From Octopus bimaculoides (Eukaryota), in NCBI RefSeq assembly GCF_001194135.2, contig NC_068998.1, positions 37,537,994 to 37,570,849 of the forward strand: 32,856 nucleotides of DNA, given 5' to 3'. A model generated the notes under the pieces. It was given only the letters and a program-made list of their open reading frames with translations, was not told where the DNA came from and searched no databases. The position numbers and the translations under genes are program-made. Shown here one piece after another: positions 22,946 through 32,856 of the stretch (positions within the stretch are counted from its first letter, which is position 1; every line of letters begins with the position of its first letter).

Positions 22946-24092
22946 TTGCATGATTAGATATTGTATAACTTAAATTTGTATGTTTTTAAAATAACTAAAC
23001 GTTGAAGTTAAGCGATGTTTTACGTCATATATTTGAGAGGATTGGTAACGTTCGTTGATTAATCGTGTTCATGAAACATCTGGCAAGGAGCAAATCAATT
23101 CTCTAAATGTTCCCCCAACGCAGCATAGCAAGAGTGCTTGCCAATTATATATACTATTAAAATAATTGAGAAAATCGCCGTATGTTGGCATGTGAAGAGA
23201 GATAGAGAGAGAAAGAGAGAGTGAGATAGTGTGTGAGAGAACGGGGTTAGGTGACATCCATCTAAGAACGCACATATGAGTGTGTATATGTGTGTGTTTA
23301 AGAGTGCACGTGTGTGTGTGCGTTTCTGAATATGTGTGTGAGTTTTTGAGTGTGTATGTTTGAGTGCGTATGTGAGTAATTGAGTGCGTGTGTGAGTAAT
23401 TGAGCGCGTGTGTGCTGATGCTACTGTTGAAGCAATCAATACAATGGATTTCATTTTTATTCAAGACTTCTTTTGTTAATGCAGTCACTGTGTCGTCTGC
23501 TAAAAACTACACAATCAGACGATTGTTTCCATACTGTAGTATATTTACCGAACGAAAGTATTCGATACTAACTCTGAATCGATTGGATCTATGTTGTACA
23601 GTAGTGCTAAAATTTGAATTTGAATTGAACAAAAACAAACTTTTCCAAACATTTCTCCGTTCTTATCCACAGTAGTGGAAAAAGTATCGACGGTAATTCT
23701 TAATTATTCTAAAGTGTATTATGCCCATAAATTGTATTAATTTTGATTTCCATCGTTTCAAATTTGAATTTGAATTGAATAATAAAAGAACATTTACAAG
23801 TGATCTTTTGTATGCACAAAATCAACAAACTGAATCGGACTACCAAGAAATATATGTTTTTTAAACATGTTTGATGTAGACTGTTGTCTCTGAGATATAC
23901 TGTACATGATATAAATGCACAAAAGGCTTTAAAACAAGGATACATTTTCACTCAGGTTAGCACACGCGTAATATGGTTTTAGTGTATTATTTCAAGGCTA
24001 TTTTATATGCTCCCGTCTGTTGCGTGAGCACACGATGCACACACACATGCATATACATACTCATATATATATATATATATATAGAGGGGGGG

Positions 24093-24443
24093 AGACGTCA
24101 CTTAAGTGAGTAAGGGTACTAGTTAGCACCAGCATTGCTAGAAATAAAAGTGAAACAACTCTTAAGCCACTAGAAAGCATTTATCTTTTGACTGACAAGA
24201 GAGGCAAGCTCCCTACAGCATCCAGGACATAGCCAGATCACCAGTGATTTCGCATTTGATTAATGCTCATCAGTGGCTCTGTCCCAGCTGCCTAGGGTTA
24301 AACTATCTCACCTTGTCAGTTTATAAGAGTTATTGTAGAAATTGTACGCTGATAAGTGCATTCTCGTGGCTAGGTGTTGTTTTGATTCTTATTTCTAGCA
24401 ATGCTGGTGCTAACTAGTACCTTTAGTCACTTTAATGACGTCT
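24093..24443. repeat. ~350-bp imperfect fold-back (nested inverted repeats)
   Basis: Arms 24093-24185 and 24351-24443 include a 33-bp perfect match (GGTACTAGTTAGCACCAGCATTGCTAGAAATAA). Inner pairs: ACTGACAAG 24191-24199 / CTTGTCAGT 24312-24320, and GGACATAGCCA / TGGCTCTGTCC. Confidence 0.93.
24225..24284 (-). ncRNA. Type I hammerhead ribozyme (minimal, palindromic stem III)
   Basis: Minus-strand RNA: GGACAGAGCCA CUGAUGA GCAUU-AAUCA-AAUGC GAA AUCAC-UG-GUGAU C / UGGCUAUGUCC. All core nucleotides present; stem I 10/11 bp, stem II 5 bp with G10.1-C11.1, stem III 5 bp, AUC triplet. Confidence 0.88.
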
Positions 24444-24469
24444 TTAGTTCTGCCTTTCGGTTGTAAATT

Positions 24470-25690
24470 GCGAATAAGACATCTTTAGATTCGATAATAA
24501 CACATATCGACAGATGGAGACGCAGTTTATACCCTCATGTGCTAACCTAGTCGTGGGTTACTTGGAAGAAATACTTTATGTGGAAGTAGGGAGAGATTTT
24601 AACCAGGATTACAAGAAATACATCATCAAAAAGTGGAAACACTCCCTCAATGATACCTTCATCTTTTGGGACAAATCAAATGAGGACCTACAAATATTTA
24701 ATAATATACTCAACACACTTCACCCAACCATCAGATTCACGACAGAATCCAGTTGCAATGAATTAACATCCCTGGATATTCACATAAATATACGCAACTC
24801 CACAGTCACGACACATATTTTGCGAAAAAACAGGTACGTACCAATATTTAAATTTCTACTCTTGCCATCCCTCACACATCAAATGGAACGAACATCCCAC
24901 ACAGCATGGCAAGACGTATCTGCAGTATAGTGATTGACCCCAATATATGTAAAATCCGACTCAACGACTCAAAGACTTCCTAAAAAAGCAGAAATACCCT
25001 TAGGATAAATAAACAAGATAATTAAAAAGACAATGAAGCTGAGCATCGTATAACTAAGGACACCAAAGAAAAAAATTAATGAACACACGATTTCATTTAT
25101 TAATACGCTCAATCCTGGGGTAGCCAGCATCTTTCACACCATAAAATAAAATCTGCCTATACCTCTACAAACCCCCCAAAGAAAGAGCTGATTGATAAAA
25201 ACCCTTAACGAAACAGTAGACGCCAATCAAAACATCTCAAAAAATACCCCATAAGAGAAAAATTCACATCAGAAAATGAATCAGAATTCTCCGTAGAAGA
25301 ACGTGGAGACAGATGTTGAACATGCATCAACAACTTTAAATACTTAGAAAGTGGTTCCCATATAAAATTCAAGAGCGTATTCTCGTTCAAAGTAAAGGCA
25401 AATAGGAACTGCAAGAATCAGAATCTCATATACAGTATTACTTGCCCCAACTGCAAGGAAAATTACATTGGCAAAACAAATATTTCCCTCTGCCAACGTG
25501 CAAGAATCCACAGACAACAGATCCGACAATGGGAATTGCACAAGATTCTACTGACCAAGCATCTAGAAATATGCGGTGAAGGCAACTTCAAAATCTTTCC
25601 CTTTTACAAATGTTCAAGAAACGACCAAAATTCCGAGAAGCAAAGGAGCTATACTTCATCAAAGTATTCTCTTTAAAATTAAATGTGTGA
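24470..25690 (+). mobile_element. 5'-truncated, decayed Penelope-like retroelement (RT C-terminus plus GIY-YIG endonuclease)
   Basis: FDNNTYRQ-METQFIPSCANLVVGYLEE...KWKHSLNDTFIFW...LNTLHPTIRFTTE...LTSLDI (compare the PLE consensus MG..AP.YAN, W.RYIDD, LN..HP.IKFT.E, FLD). Downstream: NCKNQNLIYSITCPNCKENYIGKT...RARIHRQQI (GIY-YIG). Confidence 0.9.
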
Positions 25691-26348
25691 AAGAGAAGCA
25701 GAGGAACTACATTTTATTATTTATTTTTTGAAATATGAATGAAGAGAAAACATTTATATTACACTATTACTGTTGTTTCTGAATATGGATACAATGCTAA
25801 TAACGTGATACTCATCTCTATAAATAAATAAAAAAAAAAATATATATATATATANNNNNNNNNNNNNNNNNNNNNNNNNNNNNNNNNNNNNNNNNNNNNN
25901 NNNNNNNNNNNNNNNNNNNNNNNNNNNNNNNNNNNNNNNNNNNNNNNNNNNNNNNNNNNNNNNNNNNNNNNNNNNNNNNNNNNNNNNNNNNNNNNNNNNN
26001 NNNNNNNNNNNNNNNNNNNNNNNNNNNNNNNNNNNNNNNNNNNNNNNNNNNNNNNNNNNNNNNNNNNNNNNNNNNNNNNNNNNNNNNNNNNNNNNNNNNN
26101 NNNNNNNNNNNNNNNNNNNNNNNNNNNNNNNNNNNNNNNNNNNNNNNNNNNNNNNNNNNNNNNNNNNNNNNNNNNNNNNNNNNNNNNNNNNNNNNNNNNN
26201 NNNNNNNNNNNNNNNNNNNNNNNNNNNNNNNNNNNNNNNNNNNNNNNNNNNNNNNNNNNNNNNNNNNNNNNNNNNCTATTTCACTTTACAGACGCATGGA
26301 AGAAGTTGAAGACTACGATTTTGGCAAATGGTTAGAAGGATGTTTGGA

Positions 26349-26349
<1 letters not shown>

Positions 26350-26407
<58 letters not shown>
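26350..26407. repeat. (TAA)n microsatellite
   Basis: Direct reading. Confidence 0.97.
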
Positions 26408-26809
26408 CGGTGAATAAAAAAGAAGGAACATGTATGATAATCGACAAAGCGTGCCCTAGTGACAACAGGATCAATGTGAAAGAAAAAGTAAACAACTATG
26501 ACGATTTGAAGTGGGAAATATGAAGGTTGTGGTCAATGAGGAGAGTAGACGTGATACCAATAGTAATTGGTGCACTTGGAAGTATCAGCACTCAGCTACC
26601 AACATGGCTGAAAAAGATTGGTGCAAGAGTGAAGGTAGAACCCCTACAAAAATCAGCATTGCTTGGAACTGCAAGAATTCTTCATAGGGTTCTTGAAGCA
26701 CGATCAGTAAACAAGTGTCACCGTAGTCTGCTGGCTGTGGACAGCTTATACTTTCCATCATACGCAGCAAAATGAGCTGTCAGTTTTCATATAATAATAA
26801 TAATAATAA
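26408..26809 (+). mobile_element. 3' fragment of an RLE-type non-LTR retrotransposon (R4/Dong-like) in (TAA)n
   Basis: CMIIDKACPSDNRINVKE..KVNNYDDLKWEI*RLWSMRRVDVIPIVIGALGS...LQKSALLGTARILHRVL is a restriction-like endonuclease C-terminus; short 3' UTR; (TAA)n on both sides. Confidence 0.85.
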
Positions 26810-27239
26810 CAACAAGAGCACGCAGAGAGTGCAAACCTCCACCAATGCAACACCAACATCTTCTCAACGATTAACCGAAGATGATTTTTAAAATGAGAAT
26901 ATCTGAAATAAAATCGACTCCTCTCACAAATGAGAATACTAAAAATGAACCCAATCGCTCTCAAACGGAAAAATAATCCATATACCTTGTCCGCTACCTG
27001 ATCGATCCCAATGGGAGTCATGGAATGCGAAAGTGGGTGTGCATGCCGTGTTTGTAATGCTGTGTGTGTGTGTCGACTGGGTAATGAAAATATTTGCATG
27101 ACTTGAGCGCACACATGTCGATAAGTCTTTGGGAGTCATTACGTAAAAGTTTAGGAAACACTCGTTGAAATGCAACAGGAACTTTGGCAGAGAAACGTAA
27201 TTGAACATAAGAATTATAATTGTAATGAAATGCATACTG

Positions 27240-28320
27240 TATAGTGGACGGAAAAATATTTATCTATAATATCCGCTTATACACATTCCGTTCTGTTGAC
27301 ATACACGTGGTCTAACAAAGTAGCATAGTCTGTGGTGGATACGCGCACTTGCTGATTCAAGTCCAAATCCTCCATTAAGGTCAAGACTTCGTGATGAGGG
27401 AAGTTAATGAGACCAATGATAAAATTCCCAATGACAATAATAGTTATGACATCTTTGGGTACGGATTGCATGAGGGTTTGTAGCCTGGAAATGAATATTG
27501 AATCAAAGATAGCGGACTGTAGTGAGTAATAATGATTTTTTTTTTTCTTTTGCAAATTTTTTTTGCAAATTCCGTTACTGCGACAGTTATGTATTCCAGT
27601 TGATTGGCTCCAAGGTTCAGCTGCTCCGGTGAGATATCTTTTATTGCAATCGCCACGACACTACCTCCTTGCCCTGCTGTGACAGGCCTGTCTGCTCTGA
27701 AGGTGTTAGACAGAGGCAGGATGAACTCAATCTGTTGCTGTTGCTTCAAGAATGTCTCCACAAAACAGAAGACATCTACATGAAGGAATCTTTCATCTGT
27801 TTTTAGGTCGTCCTGGTGTTCCAAATAAGATCGAATGTTGAGAAAGTGAATCTTCAAGGAAGCATCAGTAGTAGTTGGTACAGCATTAGTCTGGTGTTTG
27901 ATTCAGATTCTTGACGGAGGCGCTTCATTTCTCTAACTACAGATCGGTTAACACAGATGTTGCTTGCATCAAATCCTAGGAGAAATAGACCATTCAGAGA
28001 TTGACCCTGCTGAGAGCAACATATGCCTGACTCGGCATGAATGTTCCCTTTCCTTCCATGGAGACTGCAATCTTATCCAGAGTTTTCCTTTGGAAATTGT
28101 GCAGCCCCAAGCCAGTGAAAGTGAGAATTGAATTCGTTTTGCTTCAGCTGATTGTCTGCTCCTTCCAGTGAAGACTGCTCAAGGGTATGAGTGCTTATAC
28201 TGACTGCAAGCAGAGGCCTCTTTGCCAACGCGTTCACTGTCAAATTTCACTAGGATGGCATGCACGTCCTTTCCAGTGTCTTCATTCCTTGTCACTGGGG
28301 TTTGAATAATTCACCTGTGG
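27240..28320 (-). mobile_element. Helentron (Helitron2) fragment: PIF1 helicase C-terminus followed by APE-like endonuclease, decayed
   Basis: Minus strand with frameshifts: HAILVKFDSERVG...QFSLSLAWGCTI...LDKIAVSMEGKGTFMPSQAYVALSRV..LNGLFLLGFD, then LKIHFLNIRSYLEH..DL..D...DVFCFVETFL...RADR...GG...VIGNF...TTDYATLLDHVYVN. Confidence 0.88.
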
Positions 28321-28344
28321 AAACATGGGTGTTTGATCATCATA

Positions 28345-28593
28345 CTTAAAGTTTATTCAGGGACCTTTTGAGCGAGATAGGCTACTCGACTTGAAGAAGA
28401 TTCTAACTGGTCCCCACCTGCAAAGTCATGCGCTGTTTATCTAGATATAAGATCACTATTTCGCGCACATATGGTTGTGATGCATGTGCCTGGTGTACCC
28501 TCATCAGACGTGTAGTCATCATGGGTATATTGGGTCTCATATATTTGTGCCTCAGTGTCACTTTGATGTCATGTGCTTCTCTCTCTCTCTCAA

Positions 28594-28594
<1 letters not shown>
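28345..28594 (+). mobile_element. Short retroposon ending in the long (AAG)n tract
   Basis: GAGCGAGATAGGCTACTCGACTTGAAGAAG...CAGTGTCACTTTGATGTCATGTGCTTCTCTCTCTCTCAAT, recognised from memory as an octopus repeat; it abuts the Helentron fragment. Confidence 0.45.
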
Positions 28595-28624
<30 letters not shown>

Positions 28625-28777
28625 AAGAAGAAGAAGAAGAAGAAGAAGAAGAAGAAGAAGAAGAAGAAGAAGAAGAAGAAGAAGAAGAAGAAGAAGAAGA
28701 AGAAGAAGAAGAAGAAGAAGAAGAAGAAGAAGAAGAAGAAGAAGAAGAAGAAGAAGAAGAAGAAGAAGAAGAAGAAG
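28595..28777. repeat. (AAG)n microsatellite, about 61 units
   Basis: Direct reading; source of the poly-R, poly-K and poly-S ORFs. Confidence 0.98.
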
Positions 28778-28779
28778 AC

Positions 28780-28930
28780 TTATTTAAATTTTCAAGAATT
28801 TGTGGCAAATGGCTTTCAGCTTACCTTTGTAAATACTGATAACAAGGAAACAACTGAAGATGATATTAAAGAATGGCTTCGAATTGGTGAAGGTGATGTT
28901 GATAATCAATTCCTCATTGCTGAAGGTTTT
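28780..28930 (+). pseudogene. Possible pogo/Tigger transposase C-terminal relic
   Basis: ETTEDDIKEWLRIGEGDVDNQFLI resembles the acidic D(V/I)EEWL..D C-terminal motif of Tigger/Jerky proteins; the match is short. Confidence 0.3.
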
Positions 28931-29382
28931 GGTTTTGCAAGGAAGACATTGAAGAAGAAAAGAATTCACCAGAACGGCCAATAGTATATGAAATGAAGAA
29001 CCTCGTGGACATTACCACTCATTCCTTCATTAAGGAAATGACTCACCTGATAATACTCACTAATTAATCATGAAAGCTGAGATGGAAATGACTATAAGCG
29101 ATTAATTCCTTGTCCAATTAATCAGGGTTGACCTTGGCCGGAGCAAAGCAACAATAATGATAATATCAGTCAATTATTACAGTGTCTAGTTCAGTCATGA
29201 GCAAATTGCGGCCGACGGGACTTTCTAGATATCACACCTAACTAAAAATTACCTTGAATTTTTTTTAGAAATGCGACCTGCCTGATGAATAGGCAGGTCT
29301 CATGTGGCTTTCTTTTCGAAAACGATTGTCCATGTCTGATCTAGTTAATCGAATGCACTCACTCCTCTAGATTCCGTTCTTT

Positions 29383-29587
29383 ATGACAGCGAGCTGGCAG
29401 AATTTTTAACATGGCGGACAAAATGCTTATCCGCATTTCGTCTATCTTTACATTCTGAGTTCAAATACCACCAAGGTTCACTTTGCCTTTCATCTGTTTG
29501 CGGTCGATAAAATAAGTACCAGGTGATTGTAATCGACTTACCTCCTCTCCCGAAACTGCTGGCTTTCTGCCAAAATTTGAAACCAAT
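29383..29587 (+). mobile_element. SINE family A
   Basis: GACAGCGAGCTGGCAGAAT...TTCTGAGTTCAAATACCACC...GCCAAAATTTGAAACCAAT. Confidence 0.85.
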
Positions 29588-30049
29588 ATAAAAATCTTGT
29601 TTTCATATATTCTGTATTACTTCTATGGCGTGATCCTGGATCAGTTCAATAGTGAGACTCTCTTTTAATTATAAAAGTTAACCCTCCGTTAATCCTAAGC
29701 CATGATCTATTATGCTTAGGGTGTGATCGTGTATCAATTATAGAGAGTACAACTTGAATCTGTCTCTTTTGTGCGTTATGTCATTTTGAAACAGTTAGAT
29801 CAAGAAATTTGTTTTGTTGTTGTTGATATTTAGCGCCAAGTCAGACCTGCTGGTTGTATGTAGAAAGAGGATGAAAGATATTCAAACCTGTAATTATACT
29901 GCCTTGCATGTCAAGAATTACATTATCCAGCTAGCCATAACGTTGGTAAGATGGAACAGCGTATTTGAGGGAATTTGGTAGCAATGTCTGGCAAGACGAA
30001 CAACCACATAAAGCAGACATGGGCAAACATTTCCAAGAAGCGGTTTTGG

Positions 30050-30102
30050 TGCCCACCTGATGATGAACCATGCATGAAATATGGTTCATCATCAGGCCGG
30101 CA
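30050..30102. other. Hairpin with a 16-bp perfect stem
   Basis: CCTGATGATGAACCAT-GCATGAAAT-ATGGTTCATCATCAGG, extended by TGCC/GGCA. Confidence 0.85.
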
Positions 30103-30689
30103 AGACTACTAAAGAAAATTCAAAATAATTTTTTGATAGACGTGCAATTAACAAAGTCTGCAAGCAGCAGATTGCCCCCTCTAAATGGTCACTCTCTATC
30201 TGACTCAACAACTTTTATTTGATTTCGGCTGGATTTCATTTTAGAATGTAAAGAGACCCTGTGCTTCGCCCTTGGAGATTCAGCGTTCAAATCCTACCAT
30301 GGTCAACCTCATCTTATATCCTTTCCTTAGAGAAACAACAAGTACCAATTATATACTGGGGCTCCAGTTAATAGAATATAACCCCCACATCAAATTTATG
30401 GCTTTTTGCTTATACTAGAAATCGTTATTTAATGCAGAGACTCACCCCGCTTCGCCCACATTAGATCACATTCGCTCGGGTCGTTTTTAAGAATAAAGAG
30501 ATTATCTTTAGTCTGACACACATAAAGAAAAGAGCAGATAGGAAGAAAAGAAATCAGCTTTTGTGTTTTGAAAGATCAAAGCTATCCATTTTCTTTAGAT
30601 ATTCACTTTAATCAAATGTATTACCAACAGATATTTCAAAATTGGAAATTTTTGTCACCTTACAGAGAAGTGTAGAAATTTTGGTAAGA

Positions 30690-30717
30690 AATACACACAT
30701 ACATACATACTACATAC

Positions 30718-30748
<31 letters not shown>

Positions 30749-30996
30749 TGTATGTATGTATGCGTATATACATAAATATATATACATACAATATACACTC
30801 ATGCGCACAAACACAAACATATATACATACATAAAAACATATATCCAAATACATGTATACACATATGTATGTGTGTGCGCGTGTGCGTGTGGTATGTATG
30901 TGTGAGTGTGTATATCTGCATACTTCCATTATACATACAGAGAAATACATACATATATATAAGCATCTATATATATATACATATATACATATACAC

Positions 30997-31058
<62 letters not shown>

Positions 31059-31250
31059 GAATCTATGCATGTATGTATGTATAAATAGATGTGTTGTGGT
31101 GGTGTGTTTATGCGGTATATCTGGCTTTCTTTACTAAATTATTTAAATATATTTATCAATCGGATATTTATAATTCTCATAACAAAAACCTAGCCTGGAG
31201 GAATGCAGTATACAATATATATGTATGTACACACTCACACACACACACAT

Positions 31251-31309
<59 letters not shown>

Positions 31310-31931
31310 GATAGATAGATAGATAGACAGATACATGTATATATAAATACATATGTGTAAAGATGCATATATATATATAGAGAGAGATATATATATATAT
31401 ATATATATATACATATTGTATAATTGGATATACACACACACACACACACACACATATATATGTATATATACATATATATNNNNNNNNNNNNNNNNNNNNN
31501 NNNNNNNNNNNNNNNNNNNNNNNNNNNNNNNNNNNNNNNNNNNNNNNNNNNNNNNNNNNNNNNNNNNNNNNNNNNNNNNNNNNNNNNNNNNNNNNNNNNN
31601 NNNNNNNNNNNNNNNNNNNNNNNNNNNNNNNNNNNNNNNNNNNNNNNNNNNNNNNNNNNNNNNNNNNNNNNNNNNNNNNNNNNNNNNNNNNNNNNNNNNN
31701 NNNNNNNNNNNNNNNNNNNNNNNNNNNNNNNNNNNNNNNNNNNNNNNNNNNNNNNNNNNNNNNNNNNNNNNNNNNNNNNNNNNNNNNNNNNNNNNNNNNN
31801 NNNNNNNNNNNNNNNNNNNNNNNNNNNNNNNNNNNNNNNNNNNNNNNNNNNNNNNNNNNNNNNNNNNNNNNNNNNNNNNNNNNNNNNNNNNNNNNNNNNN
31901 NNNNNNNNNNNNNNNNNNNNNNNNNNNNNNN

Positions 31932-31967
<36 letters not shown>

Positions 31968-32856
31968 TTCAAACGAATATGCCCTTAAAACAACTTGTTT
32001 CTATACACCAATATGTAACTAGAGAATTCATATACACGTGCATACACACACACACATACACATATATCCACACACAAGCACACATACAAACACACACATA
32101 CACACGTACATAGACACATATGCATGCAGAATCCAATGCATGTGCACATTCATACATTAACCCGAATGTATTTAAGAACACATATACGTACATACACACA
32201 CGCACACTCTCCGACTCATCCTTACACAACACAAATATGTATACACCCTTATGTTCACACCAAATCCAATACGTACGTTCATTCACATAGAGTCATACAC
32301 GCAAGAGTACATATACTCAAAGACACGCACACACATACACACACACACACATACACGCACGGACACGCACGGACATATACACATACACACATGCACACAA
32401 GAAAACACATGTATACACATACATACACGTACAGAGGAAGAACCACACCCGAAAATCAAAGAAATTGGAAGTATTTATAGAACTGTGGTGTGTTGCTTGT
32501 ATGAAAGCAATGTGTATTAATGTCAAGTAACTTTGATTCAATTATTGTGTGTGTGTTTGCCTGTGTGTGTGTGTGTTAACATACTCATACACACATACAC
32601 AAACACACACGCGCATATTTATATAAGGACGTCTATATATATGTATATAAGTATGCATGTAGATATGCCTGTATATGTTTGTATATGTGTATATGTATAT
32701 ACATGTTTGCATAGCTATCTCCTATCTGTCTCTCTTTCTGTTTCCGTCCCTCTCTCTGTCCCTCTTTCTCTCCTTCTCTTTCTCTCTCTCTCTGTATGTA
32801 TGTATGTATGTATGTATATATCTATCTATCTATCTATCTATATATATATATATATA
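30690..32856. repeat. Compound (CA)/(TA)/(TATG)/(GATA)/(CT) microsatellite region with gap 31480-31931
   Basis: Direct reading; all ORFs here are HT/YI/VC low-complexity artefacts. Confidence 0.92.

Noticed and set aside
28455-28520. Minus-strand CTGATGAG...CGAAA motif resembling a hammerhead
   Set aside because: Stem II is long and irregular, and no stem I pairing forms after either candidate NUH; probably chance within a retroposon.
28428-28984. Poly-Arg, poly-Lys and poly-Ser ORFs
   Set aside because: Translations of the (AAG)n microsatellite.
29271-29335. 9-bp hairpin GACCTGCCT/AGGCAGGTC containing CTGATGA, with GAAA downstream
   Set aside because: The CTGATGA lies within the hairpin itself and stems I-III of a hammerhead cannot be built; a small hairpin of unknown meaning.
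31177-32113. Long ORFs spanning N-runs (also 1688-2137 and 5327-6139)
   Set aside because: Artefacts of assembly gaps and microsatellites.

Overview
AT-rich, repeat-saturated eukaryotic genomic DNA with four N-gaps. The tRNA-derived SINE families and compound microsatellites look like an octopus (coleoid cephalopod) assembly; this is recognition from memory, not a search. I found no convincing host protein-coding exon, and nearly all listed ORFs are microsatellite or repeat artefacts. Recognisable content: more than 20 SINE copies or fragments from about four tRNA-headed families; two decayed hAT transposases; a Helentron fragment (PIF1 helicase plus APE endonuclease); a Penelope-like retroelement fragment (RT plus GIY-YIG); an R4/Dong-like RLE fragment inside (TAA)n; and Tigger-type and Charlie-type MITEs. 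Highlights: (1) an apparently intact type I hammerhead ribozyme on the minus strand (24225-24284) caps a ~350-nt imperfect fold-back rod abutting the 5' junction of the Penelope fragment; (2) a second, near-intact hammerhead at 2309-2369 plus a truncated core at 1992; (3) three SINE arrays in which every unit is separated by a copy of an array-specific ~15-18 bp target sequence (X-SINE-X-SINE-X), suggesting repeated retrotransposition into the same site.
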